DNA from: a virus
Taxonomy: Duplodnaviria > Caudoviricetes
IMG/VR virus record: IMGVR_UViG_2765235998_000001
Coordinates: 24,865-88,864 of that record
Direction: 5' to 3' (one strand)
Length of the DNA: 64,000 nt
Part shown: in pieces, positions 1 to 9,203 of the stretch
Layout of the letters: each line of letters opens with the position of its first letter
Numbering within the stretch: position 1 is the stretch's first letter
Notes under the pieces: generated by a model
Told to the model about the DNA's origin: nothing
What the model saw: only the letters and a program-made list of their open reading frames with translations
Databases searched by the model: none
Translations under genes and position numbers: made by a program

Positions 1-100
1 CACCCGGAATACGCAGTTTCCGGCCAACCCGGCGCGCGCCCCCACCCGCCACGGTGCCCCCACGCGCCCCCGGGCAGGCCATGGGGAAGGGGACACCCGC

Positions 101-640
101 ATGGGCCGAAACACCGCAGGCGACGCAGCAAGCGCCCTCCGTCTACTCAACAGCGAAGACCTGCGGGAGAACCCCGAACACGGCCCCCGAGAACGCCGCA
201 GCACCAGCAGCACGCCCGGCACCCCCCTGAACGTCGGCATGGTCGACTACCTGGCCCGCACCGTCAGCGAGATCGTCGACCACGCCACCGCCGTCACCCC
301 CGAACCGGCCCCGCTGCCCCGCCAGATCGGCGACCTGTACACCTGGTTTCTGGACCAGACCGCCGAAGCCGACGACGTGCAACGCCGCCGCCGCGACACC
401 CTCATCGAAACCCACGCCCTGGAACACGCCATACGCCTCGGCGAAACCGAAGAGGTCTGCAAGCACCCCTGCCCCCGCTGCGGTTGCTGGGGCTTGGAAT
501 GGGACCACGGGGGTAACCGGGCGCTGTGCCTGAACCGCCGCTGCCGCACCCCAGACGGCAACGCCTCCACCTGGTCCCCGGCCCGGCTCGCCGGGCAGAA
601 GGTCCGGCGTACGGAAATCTGGCGGCGCAACGCAACCTGA
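101..640 (+). CDS. Phage hypothetical protein with C-terminal Zn-ribbon (CPRC...CLNRRC)
   Basis: 179-aa ORF, purine-rich RBS upstream, two Cys pairs. Confidence 0.7.
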   Translation: MGRNTAGDAASALRLLNSEDLRENPEHGPRERRSTSSTPGTPLNVGMVDYLARTVSEIVDHATAVTPEPAPLPRQIGDLYTWFLDQTAEADDVQRRRRDTLIETHALEHAIRLGETEEVCKHPCPRCGCWGLEWDHGGNRALCLNRRCRTPDGNASTWSPARLAGQKVRRTEIWRRNAT

Positions 641-771
641 CCCCCGTCTCGGCGGTCTACCTGACACGACCTACTGCACACACAACGTTCACATCCGGAT
701 CCCTTCGGGGGTCCACCCGTTACGGCCGCCGGAGCTGCGAACTGTGGTCGCCGTCCAGGGGAGGCCGCACG

Positions 772-1038
772 ATGGCCGCAACGCACTACAGCCCGCTCCC
801 GTACACGCCGGGGATTGAGGACCCGGTCAGCTACAAAGAGGCCTCCGCCCTGCTCGCCCGCACCGGTCACCCGGCGTCGAAGGAGACCGTGGCCCGCTGG
901 GTCCGCGAGGCCAACGCGGGTGAGGAGACCGTCCCGGTGGTGAAGGCCGGCCGCACCGACTACGTGTCCTGGACGGCGGTCCTCGAGCTGCACCGTGACC
1001 GGACCGCGGTGAAGCTGAGAGCCTCCTCCAACTGGTAG
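772..1038 (+). CDS. Small HTH DNA-binding protein (excisionase/MerR-like)
   Basis: GGAGG RBS; VSYKEASALLARTGHPASKETVARWV HTH-like segment. Confidence 0.6.
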   Translation: MAATHYSPLPYTPGIEDPVSYKEASALLARTGHPASKETVARWVREANAGEETVPVVKAGRTDYVSWTAVLELHRDRTAVKLRASSNW

Positions 1039-1074
1039 GCCGGTCGCCCGGCCCCGCCCGGACTCCTCTGCCCT

Positions 1075-1121
1075 GAAGCCCCACCCCCGTTGCCGTTAGG
1101 AATCAGCGGCCCGGGGGTTTT
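1075..1121 (+). terminator. Imperfect hairpin plus T-tract, just upstream of conserved promoter P1
   Basis: gaagcccc..ccgttg / cagcgg..gggggtttt. Confidence 0.45.
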
Positions 1122-1144
1122 CTCATGCCCACCCACGCACACCA

Positions 1145-1173
1145 TTGCTATGCCATGGGCTATGGGTTACGGT
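1145..1173 (+). promoter_or_regulatory. Conserved phage promoter P1 (TTGCTA-N17-TACGGT)
   Basis: Sigma70/HrdB-like -35/-10 with 17-bp spacer; near-identical copies at 5896 (+) and 20364-20392 (-). Confidence 0.8.
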
Positions 1174-1242
1174 AGTCGTATCGCAAGGCCAGCAACCCCA
1201 TCGGGGCGCTGACCTCGACTTCTCACCTCACCGGAGCCACCC

Positions 1243-1602
1243 ATGGCCGTGATGACGCACGCCCGCACCCAGGCCACCACCGCCGACTACACCCAGCTCA
1301 GCCCCACCGCGCAGGCCGTCATCGACAAGGCCATGACCGACGCCGACAACGCCACCGACACCCGCACATACACGGCCTCCATGGAGTTCGTGGCCATCGC
1401 CGCCGGCATTCCGCTCCCCGCCTCCCGCGACCTCGCCGTCTGCTCCTGCCTCACCGACGCAGGCGGCTGCGGATGCGGTGCCATCTTCGACACCGCCCTC
1501 CCCGGCCTGGTCGTCACCGCCCCCAACGACCCGGACTGCAACCTCAGCCGCCTCCAGTGCTCGGGATGCGGCCACGACCATCCCCGCCGCATCGCCGACT
1601 GA
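1243..1602 (+). CDS. Hypothetical Cys-rich (Zn-binding) protein
   Basis: GGAG RBS; CSC, CGC and CSGC motifs. Confidence 0.7.
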   Translation: MAVMTHARTQATTADYTQLSPTAQAVIDKAMTDADNATDTRTYTASMEFVAIAAGIPLPASRDLAVCSCLTDAGGCGCGAIFDTALPGLVVTAPNDPDCNLSRLQCSGCGHDHPRRIAD

Positions 1603-1678
1603 CGCACCCACAGACCTCCCGGCGGCGCGTGAAGCCCACACCGCGCCGCCGGGTGAACAACCACCAGGGGAGACCCGC

Positions 1679-2083
1679 ATGCCGAACACCGCCGCGATCC
1701 TGCGCAGAGCAGCCCGCCTCATCACCAACCAAGGACTCCACACCGGGGAACAGTTCGCCGGCATCTACACCGGCCTCGACATCTGCGCCGCCGTCTACAT
1801 CGCCGCCGAGAGCGAGTTCCCCACCGAGTTCTTCAACGACGAGGCCACCTCCATCGCAACGATCGAGGCCAGCCCCACCGCCATGGCCGCCATCAAGGCC
1901 ATCTCGGACGCCCTCGACTCCCCGGTGTGCGAGACCGCCGACCATCCCGACTACATCGAGCACGTCTCGAACTGGGCCAGCACCCGCGGACCGGGCGAGG
2001 AGAACCCGCCGACCGCGAACGAAGTCGTCGGACGCGTCCTGCGCACCGCCGACAAGGCCGACGCCCACCCCAACGCCGCCTGA
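1679..2083 (+). CDS. Actinophage hypothetical protein (DUF6197-like)
   Basis: AILRRAARLI..G..G N-terminus; WAS..R..NEVV..LR C-terminus; GGGGAG RBS. Confidence 0.6.
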   Translation: MPNTAAILRRAARLITNQGLHTGEQFAGIYTGLDICAAVYIAAESEFPTEFFNDEATSIATIEASPTAMAAIKAISDALDSPVCETADHPDYIEHVSNWASTRGPGEENPPTANEVVGRVLRTADKADAHPNAA

Positions 2084-2109
2084 CACCCCCACCCCGGAGA
2101 CCACCCGCC

Positions 2110-2367
2110 ATGAGCATCACCAGCCCCGAGACGACGACCACCAGCCCCGACGACAACCCGTCCTACCGGGACGGCCGCATCGACGGCGAACTCGCCGCCA
2201 TCACCCGCCTGTCCTCCCGCCGCGCCCACGCCCGCGCCTCCATGGCCGCCCAGTACGACCAGGCCTACGCCGACGGCTACATGGACGGCTTCCTCGACCA
2301 GACCGCCGCCAACGCCGCCCACCGCCTCAAGGCGCTCCTCGCAACCAGCCGGAAGGACCCCCAGTGA
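2110..2367 (+). CDS. Hypothetical protein (YxDG repeats)
   Basis: GGAG RBS; SYRDGRIDG and AYADGYMDG. Confidence 0.6.
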   Translation: MSITSPETTTTSPDDNPSYRDGRIDGELAAITRLSSRRAHARASMAAQYDQAYADGYMDGFLDQTAANAAHRLKALLATSRKDPQ

Positions 2368-3026
2368 AAACCCGCATAGCCCAGGCCGCCTTCGCCCTGA
2401 CCCTCACCGCGGCCGCCGTCATCGCCGCCCCCCACCAGGCCCACGCCGCCACCGGCCCGGTCGTCTCCGGCACCGGCTGGAAGCTCCAGGCACCCCGCAT
2501 CACCCACATCGACACGCAACCCCTGACGATCGCGTTCCACGACACAACCAGCCGCACCCGGCTCACCCCCTACGTGAAGAACGTCGCCGCGGAACTCACC
2601 TCGTACGGCATCCCGGTCACCGTCTCCAACCGCATCGTGCCCACCGCCGTCGGCAAGTGCCCGCCCAGACACACCATCAGCTACCGGTGGATCAGCAAGC
2701 CCAACCCCGACAGGCCCAACCAGTCCTTCACCGGCACCTGCTCCCTCAAGGCCGCCACCTACAGCGCCTACGTCTACATCAACAGCGACTACTGGGCGCC
2801 CGGCCGCCGCTTCCACGAGTGGCAGCGCATGAACGTGATCTGGCACGAAAGCGGCCACGCCGTCGGACTCGCCCACCCGACCACGTGCCCCCGCGACAAG
2901 GCCGGCCTCCAGCCCCTCATGTGCGGCAACCCCTACAAGGACCTCCGCGACCGCCGCTTCTCGTCGCAGGACGTGACCGGTCTGCGCCGCCTGGTCCTCA
3001 ACCGCGCCTACTACCCGCCGGCATGA
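2364..3026 (+). CDS. Secreted metzincin Zn-metalloprotease (matrixin/M10-like)
   Basis: Signal peptide ending AHA; HESGHAVGLAH (HExxHxxGxxH) and Met-turn PLMCG. Confidence 0.8.
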   Translation: MKTRIAQAAFALTLTAAAVIAAPHQAHAATGPVVSGTGWKLQAPRITHIDTQPLTIAFHDTTSRTRLTPYVKNVAAELTSYGIPVTVSNRIVPTAVGKCPPRHTISYRWISKPNPDRPNQSFTGTCSLKAATYSAYVYINSDYWAPGRRFHEWQRMNVIWHESGHAVGLAHPTTCPRDKAGLQPLMCGNPYKDLRDRRFSSQDVTGLRRLVLNRAYYPPA

Positions 3027-3154
3027 CCTGGCCCGACGCCATCGCCCTCGCCATCGGCGTCACCACCCTCTACCTCCTCACCCGACACCAGCACCGGAGC
3101 ACCACCCACCAGCACGACACAACACCGCAGCAGCAGGACGGAGAACGACCATGA
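3023..3154 (+). CDS. Small membrane protein
   Basis: ATGA overlaps at both ends; one hydrophobic helix. Confidence 0.5.
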   Translation: MTWPDAIALAIGVTTLYLLTRHQHRSTTHQHDTTPQQQDGERP

Positions 3155-3915
3155 GCAGGACACGCACCGCCGCCAAAACCGCCGACACCACCCCCAGCAC
3201 CCCGGCGAAGAAGACGGCCGCCGCGCGCAAGACCACCACGTCCGCCTCCCGTCCCGCCGCCCGCAAGCGCACCACCCGCAAGCCCGCCAACAACCGTCCC
3301 AAGCTGTCCCTGGTCAAGCCCCGCCCCGAACTCCCCACCCGCGACCTGCCCTTCATGACCGACACCCAGGGCTACGCCACCCTCGCCGCCCTCATGGTCG
3401 GCATCACCACCGTCCACATCCGCGACTGGCGCGACCACCGTGACGGCACCTGCACCCGGAAGCTTCGCGACGGCAGCACCCTCCACTACAACTTCGACAC
3501 CCGCACTCTCACCTGGCAGGCCGTCTGCCGCATGGGCGCCGTCCACCAGTACCGGCTCGCCACCCGCTCCGGAGCCTGCGCCGCCCGCCTCCACGCCGAC
3601 GCCTGCACCGAGCTCCACGCAGACCTCGCCACCATCCCTGCCCTCACCGCGGACGAACTCGCCGACCTCGGCCTCCTCCACACCCCCACCTGGGCGCAGA
3701 ACGTCCCCGGCGACGACCCGATCACCGAGACCATCCCCGTCCCCATCCCAACCCCGGACCCGGAACCGCGCGTCCTGGCCGACACCCTCGCCCACTCCGA
3801 CACCGGCACCGCCGAAACCCAGCCCATGTCCAAGGACGCCATCGCCGAAGGCCTCGCCGCCCGCGCCGCAGCCGCCGACACCGAGACCGCGATGGAGCAC
3901 CCCGACCATGCCTGA
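3151..3915 (+). CDS. Hypothetical protein with Lys/Thr/Ala-rich basic N-terminus
   Basis: 254-aa ORF in coupled operon. Confidence 0.65.
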   Translation: MSRTRTAAKTADTTPSTPAKKTAAARKTTTSASRPAARKRTTRKPANNRPKLSLVKPRPELPTRDLPFMTDTQGYATLAALMVGITTVHIRDWRDHRDGTCTRKLRDGSTLHYNFDTRTLTWQAVCRMGAVHQYRLATRSGACAARLHADACTELHADLATIPALTADELADLGLLHTPTWAQNVPGDDPITETIPVPIPTPDPEPRVLADTLAHSDTGTAETQPMSKDAIAEGLAARAAAADTETAMEHPDHA

Positions 3916-4132
3916 GCACACGCCCGGGTACGTCGCCGCCCTCGCCGCCCAACTCCGCGGCGCCGAGGACGAACTCCAGGAACTCCGCGGCTTCAAGACC
4001 GCCGTCACCAACTTCCTCCGCAACCCCGCCATCGCCCTCGACATCCGCCAGAACCTCGCCCGAGACCTCAACCTCCAGAACCTCGCCCAAGCCCTCAACC
4101 TCCCCCAACCCGCCCCGGAGAAGACACCGTGA
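3908..4132 (+). CDS. Hypothetical protein
   Basis: Overlaps neighbours; GC3-biased codons. Confidence 0.6.
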   Translation: MPEHTPGYVAALAAQLRGAEDELQELRGFKTAVTNFLRNPAIALDIRQNLARDLNLQNLAQALNLPQPAPEKTP

Positions 4133-4500
4133 ACCGATCCAAGGCCAAAGGCACCAGCGCCGAAACAGCCGTCGTCCGCTTCCTCCGCACCATCGGCTTC
4201 ATACAAGCCGAACGCCGCACCCTCAACGGCATCCTCGACCGCGGCGACATCACCGGCATCCCCGGCGTCGTCATCGAGGTCAAGAACTGCGCCCGGCAGG
4301 AACTCGCCGCCTGGGTCGCCGAAGCCGAACGCGAACGGGACAACGACCGAGCCAGCCTCGGCGTCGTCTGGCACAAGCGACGCGGCAAGACCGACCCCGC
4401 CGACTGGTTCGTCACCATGAGCGGCGCCCAGTTCGCCAGCCTCCTCCGCGAACAGCAGGGCCTGCCCGCACTGCCGGACACCGACGACGAAGCCGCGTGA
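4129..4500 (+). CDS. Holliday junction resolvase, archaeal Hjc-type (PD-(D/E)xK)
   Basis: SKAKGTSAE...DRGDI...VIEVKN motif pattern. Confidence 0.8.
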   Translation: MNRSKAKGTSAETAVVRFLRTIGFIQAERRTLNGILDRGDITGIPGVVIEVKNCARQELAAWVAEAERERDNDRASLGVVWHKRRGKTDPADWFVTMSGAQFASLLREQQGLPALPDTDDEAA

Positions 4501-4549
4501 CAGACCACACCACCACCCCGCCCAAGCCGACCCTCCCCGGAGCCCCCGA

Positions 4550-5017
4550 ATGACCACCGCCACCCGCCACGCCATAACGGCTGCCGCGCCCGTAGACGAC
4601 TGGGCCCGGTACGGATCCTGCCGCCAAACCGACCCCGAGATCTTCTTCCCGGTCGGCACATCCGGCCCCGCCCTGAAGCAGACCGAACAGGCCAAGGAGA
4701 TCTGCACCCGGTGCCCGGTCCGCCAGGAATGTTTGTCGTGGGCGTTGGAGAGCGGCCAGGAGATCGGCGTGTGGGGCGGGTTGTCGGAGTGGGAGCGCGG
4801 CGAGTTGTCGGGGCGGGAGCGGCAGTACCGGACGTCGTCGGATGACCGGCCGGCCTGGCAGGTGATCGTGGATACGCGGCTTGACGAGTATCGGGAGTTG
4901 GAGGCGGCTGGGTTGTCGGCGTGGGAGATCGGTCAGCGGATGCGGACGAACGCGCACACCATCAACCGGGTCCGTGAGGCACTGGCGACGGAGAAGAAGC
5001 AGGCGGTGTCGGCATGA
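4550..5017 (+). CDS. whiB: WhiB-family transcriptional regulator with C-terminal HTH-like extension
   Basis: Four conserved Cys (SC..DPEIFFP, ICTRCPV..EC) and GVWGG motif. Confidence 0.92.
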   Translation: MTTATRHAITAAAPVDDWARYGSCRQTDPEIFFPVGTSGPALKQTEQAKEICTRCPVRQECLSWALESGQEIGVWGGLSEWERGELSGRERQYRTSSDDRPAWQVIVDTRLDEYRELEAAGLSAWEIGQRMRTNAHTINRVREALATEKKQAVSA

Positions 5018-5826
5018 GCGCCCTGAGTGTGGAGCAGCGTGGCGACCTCATCGAGCGGATGCTTCCCGAAGCCGCGAACCTGGCCGTCCTGGTCCACGGC
5101 GACGGCGGCCCCGAGGACATCGCTGCGGTCCTGGAACGGCTGGACGACACGGAGAAGAACGCCCTCATCGTCGTCCTGGCCGGGATGGTCGACCCGGACC
5201 AGTCCGTGGGCAAGGGCCTGTCCTGGACCGCGGTGACGAAGAACGGTGCTCTGCCGATGCCGGCGTGGCTGGAGCAGAAGCCGCTGCGCGAGCACGCTCC
5301 GGAGGCTGCGGAGGAGCTGGAGGAGGACTTCGTGGACTGGGCTGCCGTGGCCAAGTTCGTGAAGGGCTTCCGGGTGGAGATGACGGATGCGGACTTCCTG
5401 GCCGCTGTGCAGCGGTGCGTTGCTGCTGGGATGGCTTTGAGCGATGTGGATGAGCTGCGTCGTTGGCCGGCGAAGACCGCGGAGAACTGGGTGAACCGGC
5501 TGCGGAAGCGGTACCAGCGTGCGGGCCGGGAGTTCCCGAGTCTGGCTCCGCCGGTGACGGCTCGGGAGTTCACGGAGGAGGAGGTCATCGAGATCCGTAC
5601 GCGGTCTGCGGGCGGTGCGACGGACCTGGAGATTGCGATGTCGTTCGACTGCAAGCGGGATCTGGTGGCGGCGATCTGCCGTGGGCGCCGGTATCCGCAC
5701 TTTGGTGGGCCGGTGCGTGAGGGGCGGGGTGCGAGGGGGTTGCAGGCGTCGCGGGACTTCATGTGTGGGCATGGGTCTGGTTCGCAGTTGGGGGTGAAGC
5801 GGCATCGGTTGAGTACGGCGGCGTGA
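5014..5826 (+). CDS. Phage DNA-binding protein with C-terminal HTH
   Basis: FTEEEVIEIR..ATDLEIAMSFDCKRDLVAAICRG. Confidence 0.6.
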   Translation: MSALSVEQRGDLIERMLPEAANLAVLVHGDGGPEDIAAVLERLDDTEKNALIVVLAGMVDPDQSVGKGLSWTAVTKNGALPMPAWLEQKPLREHAPEAAEELEEDFVDWAAVAKFVKGFRVEMTDADFLAAVQRCVAAGMALSDVDELRRWPAKTAENWVNRLRKRYQRAGREFPSLAPPVTAREFTEEEVIEIRTRSAGGATDLEIAMSFDCKRDLVAAICRGRRYPHFGGPVREGRGARGLQASRDFMCGHGSGSQLGVKRHRLSTAA

Positions 5827-5841
5827 CGTCGCGCGCGCATC

Positions 5842-5873
5842 AAGGGGTCTGGCCTTCGGGTTGGGCCCCTTTT
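5842..5873 (+). terminator. Intrinsic terminator (UUCG loop) upstream of promoter P2
   Basis: aaggggtctggcc-ttcg-ggttgggcccct-ttt. Confidence 0.8.
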
Positions 5874-5895
5874 CGTATGCCGTGCCGCCGCACCA

Positions 5896-5924
5896 TTGCT
5901 ATGCCATGGGATATGGGTTATGTT
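5896..5924 (+). promoter_or_regulatory. Conserved phage promoter P2 (TTGCTA-N17-TATGTT)
   Basis: Near-identical to P1 and P3. Confidence 0.8.
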
Positions 5925-5959
5925 GGCAGTACCGCACCACACCACCCCCGGGGGAACCC

Positions 5960-6148
5960 ATGACCGAGCTGCGCCTACTCGACGCCGACGGCTACACCGT
6001 CCCGGGCAGCATCCGCACCACCACCCCGGACACCGACGCCGCGGTCCGCGCCGACCTCAAGCAGCTCGCCGCCGAACACGCCGCCCAGTGGGCCGACTTC
6101 GGCTACCGGGCCGCCGACTACCGCGTTCTCAACGACCCGCCCGCCTGA
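5960..6148 (+). CDS. Hypothetical protein
   Basis: First gene after P2; GGGGGA RBS. Confidence 0.65.
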   Translation: MTELRLLDADGYTVPGSIRTTTPDTDAAVRADLKQLAAEHAAQWADFGYRAADYRVLNDPPA

Positions 6149-6163
6149 GTACTGGAGAACTGC

Positions 6164-6628
6164 ATGACCGACCAGCCGGCCGCCAAGAAGGCCACCATCA
6201 CCCTCGACAACGCCAGTAGGGACCGCCAGTTCCCGGCCTACCAGCTCAGCATCAACGCCATGGACGGCGAGGACAGCGGCCACGGATACCGGCTGATGGG
6301 CCCCAAGTACCTGGGCCGCAGCAAGAACCTCCGCACCGTCGAGCTGTCTCAGCGGGACGCCGACGAGATCCGGGCCATCCTCGACGAGGTCTTCCCCACC
6401 GAGGTCGTCGTGAGCTGCGCGGACGTGGAGTTGGACAGCGGCGAGAACCTGCACGACCTCGGCGTCGGCAACTACCTGGAGCTGGACCGCCTGACGGCGG
6501 GCATGCAGCCGGGTACGTGGCGACTCATCGCATACGGGGACGACGAAACCGCGCGCTTGCGCCGCTTGTCGGACAAGGAGATCCGGGCTGCGCGGAACGC
6601 TGAGGCGTCTGCCCGCATGTACGAGTGA
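6164..6628 (+). CDS. Hypothetical protein
   Basis: 154 aa; GGAG RBS. Confidence 0.65.
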   Translation: MTDQPAAKKATITLDNASRDRQFPAYQLSINAMDGEDSGHGYRLMGPKYLGRSKNLRTVELSQRDADEIRAILDEVFPTEVVVSCADVELDSGENLHDLGVGNYLELDRLTAGMQPGTWRLIAYGDDETARLRRLSDKEIRAARNAEASARMYE

Positions 6629-6777
6629 CCACTCCCTGACCCCGGTCCCCTCGCCCCCCTTCGGGGACCGTCCGGCCGCGCACCCCCCTTGCGCGGCACC
6701 GCCGCCCGCCCCACACCCCCCTCGGGGCGGGCGGCGGACCACCCCACACCCGCACCAGCCGAAAGGCCAACCTCACC

Positions 6778-7638
6778 GTGACCGTGTACGCCCTCAAGCA
6801 CCCCGACGGCCGCTGGCTCTACCACCTGCCCAAGCCCAAGGACTTCCCGTTCAACGTGACCGGCGTGTTCGCGGACGGGCAGCCCATGGGCAAGCTGCCG
6901 GGCGACTGGTGGGCAGTCTCCTTCGAGGCGAGCCGGCTGACCGTGACCGGGCAGCCGCGCCCCAAGACCCTCAGCTACACGCTGAAGGCCGCGGACGCCG
7001 AGTCGGTCCGCTACCCGGCCACCCTGACCGTCGACGCGTACAACGAGCGTCGCGAGGACGAAGAGAACCTGTGGGAGTTCTACAGCGCGGTCTGTGAGGA
7101 CCAGCCGGCCGTGGAGCACGTCTACGACGGCCCCGTCATGGTCCTGGAGGGCCGGGAGCCCCCGACTCCCGAAGAACTGCCCTGGCAGGCCGACCTCCCG
7201 CACATGCTCGGGTCCCGCCCTGAGTACCTGCACCTGTTCCCCGGCCGCATCAACGGCTTCCGCGACCACGTCCAGCAGGCCATCAAGAAGATGCCGGGCG
7301 TGCAGTACTGCTTCGACAACTACCAGAACTACACGGGCCTCCACGTCACGGTAAGGGTGCCGTTTGAGAAGCCCCAAACGCGGTGGCAGGCAGACCTCAG
7401 CCGCCGCACCAGCAAGCCGCTGAAGACCGGCCGGAACGTTGCCGTCCTCGTCACCAGGGAACTTCGCCTGCCTGTCCCGGCATCGATCTCCGCCCCGAAC
7501 TACGAGATGGCCGTGGACGACTGGCACGAGCAGGCCGAGTTCTGGGTGTCCGTGGTCCGGAACGCCTCTGTGGCGGCCTGCAACGCCTGCGGGGGCACCG
7601 GGCACGTCCCGGACGGCGCCGAGCAGTACAGCCGCTGA
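6778..7638 (+). CDS. Hypothetical phage protein with C-terminal CxxCxGxG
   Basis: 286 aa; ACNACGGTG. Confidence 0.7.
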   Translation: MTVYALKHPDGRWLYHLPKPKDFPFNVTGVFADGQPMGKLPGDWWAVSFEASRLTVTGQPRPKTLSYTLKAADAESVRYPATLTVDAYNERREDEENLWEFYSAVCEDQPAVEHVYDGPVMVLEGREPPTPEELPWQADLPHMLGSRPEYLHLFPGRINGFRDHVQQAIKKMPGVQYCFDNYQNYTGLHVTVRVPFEKPQTRWQADLSRRTSKPLKTGRNVAVLVTRELRLPVPASISAPNYEMAVDDWHEQAEFWVSVVRNASVAACNACGGTGHVPDGAEQYSR

Positions 7639-7736
7639 TGGCCGCCCTCCTGTTGTGGCCGTTGGCCGTTCTCGAGCTCGCCCCGCGCATCCTCGCCCGC
7701 CTGCACACCGCCCTCACCCCGAAGGACCGCCCATGA
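7638..7736 (+). CDS. Small hydrophobic protein
   Basis: TGATG and ATGA coupling to neighbours. Confidence 0.4.
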   Translation: MAALLLWPLAVLELAPRILARLHTALTPKDRP

Positions 7737-8248
7737 CCGACACGACCCTGACCGCCCTGCATGCGGCGCGTCTGCACGCCGATGAGTCCTGGGCGCTGTT
7801 CGCCCTCCAGAAGGCAATACCCGCCGACACCAAGCCGGAGTGGCAGGAGACGGCTACGGACGGGGGTGTGGTGCTGTCCGGTCGGGTGACGGGCCGGCGG
7901 GCGGTGTGGGCGTTGGACCGGTTCGCCCGCGACTTCTACCTGAACCTGAAGAACCTAGGGGACGTACGCCCGCAGTTCGACATCACCCAGCCCGGGCGCA
8001 CGGTGTTGGTGTGGCGGTATGGCGGGGTGTGGGTGGAGCTGTGGCACCCGGAGACGGCCGTGGACGCCCCGAAGGCCGCTGAGCCCGTACACGACGCTCC
8101 TGCGCCGCCTGTGACCGTCCAGGCCACCCCCGAACCCACGCCTGAGCCTGCGGCGCCTGTCCGCTCGCCTGTCCGCTCGCTCATCAGCCGCGCATCCGGC
8201 CGGCTCCCCTACACCCACACCCGACGCAAGGAGACCCCAGCAGCATGA
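7733..8248 (+). CDS. Hypothetical protein
   Basis: AAGGA RBS; coupled. Confidence 0.65.
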   Translation: MTDTTLTALHAARLHADESWALFALQKAIPADTKPEWQETATDGGVVLSGRVTGRRAVWALDRFARDFYLNLKNLGDVRPQFDITQPGRTVLVWRYGGVWVELWHPETAVDAPKAAEPVHDAPAPPVTVQATPEPTPEPAAPVRSPVRSLISRASGRLPYTHTRRKETPAA

Positions 8249-8649
8249 CCACCACACCCGAAACCGAGACCGACACCCGGATCGCTGAGACCCCGGAGCA
8301 GCTGCTCCACGACCTCGGCGAGCTCCACACCCGCACCCTCGTATCCCCGCTCCCGAAGCACCCCGCCGCGATGGGCTGGCAAGCCACCACCGCATCGATG
8401 GCGGCCGGCTTCGCCCGCGCCCTCCACGCCCTGAACGAGACCAGCCCGGCCAAGGCGCAGGAGATCACCACCTGGTTCCAGGGGCCGTTCGAGGAAGGCC
8501 CGGATCCGGAGGAGCACACCGACTGGCTCGAGCGGTACGTGGCCCAGGGCCCGGAGCTGCTGGAGCAGTGGGTTGAGGACGGCCGCCGCATGGCCGCCGA
8601 ATCCGCGAAGAACACCGACGCCTGGGAGAAGGAGCACAAGACCGCATGA
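8245..8649 (+). CDS. Hypothetical protein
   Basis: AAGGAG RBS; coupled. Confidence 0.65.
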   Translation: MTTTPETETDTRIAETPEQLLHDLGELHTRTLVSPLPKHPAAMGWQATTASMAAGFARALHALNETSPAKAQEITTWFQGPFEEGPDPEEHTDWLERYVAQGPELLEQWVEDGRRMAAESAKNTDAWEKEHKTA

Positions 8650-9203
8650 GCATCTACCACCCGCCCGTCGCCGAACACGAGACCGTCGTGGCGGCCGCCC
8701 TGCACGTCGTCCAGGCCACGCACTACAGCCGGGCCGACGACCCGCACGAGGACGCCTCCTACGAGTACGCCGTCGAGCAGCTCGCCCTCGCCGCCCGCGC
8801 ACTCGCCGAGGCGGTGGAGCGCAAGCCGGCCGACGAACAGCCCATCGGCTGGACCAAGGGACGCGAGGCCGAGCCGACGGTCGTGGCCATCTGCGGGTCC
8901 ACCAAGTTCATGGCGGAGATGACCGAGGCCGACCTTCACGAGACTGCGGCCGGGAACATCGTCGTCAAGCCGGGCTGCAACATGAAGGAGGAGCACCCTC
9001 TGTGGGCGGATCCGCTCGAGGCGGAGCGTCTGAAGGGCCGCCTGGACCAGCTGCATCGGGCCAAGATTCGGCTCGCTGACGAGGTCCTGGTGGTGGGGGA
9101 CTACATCGGGACGTCCACTACGTCGGAGATCCGGTACGCGCGGTCTCTGGGGAAGCCGGTGCGGTTCACGCACCCGCAGGTAGACCCGGACGGTGGCCAG
9201 TGA
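8646..9203 (+). CDS. Protein with C-terminal nucleoside 2-deoxyribosyltransferase/DUF4406-like domain
   Basis: VVAICGSTKF...LHRAKIRLADEVLVV..YIGTSTTSEIRYARSLGKPV. Confidence 0.6.
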   Translation: MSIYHPPVAEHETVVAAALHVVQATHYSRADDPHEDASYEYAVEQLALAARALAEAVERKPADEQPIGWTKGREAEPTVVAICGSTKFMAEMTEADLHETAAGNIVVKPGCNMKEEHPLWADPLEAERLKGRLDQLHRAKIRLADEVLVVGDYIGTSTTSEIRYARSLGKPVRFTHPQVDPDGGQ

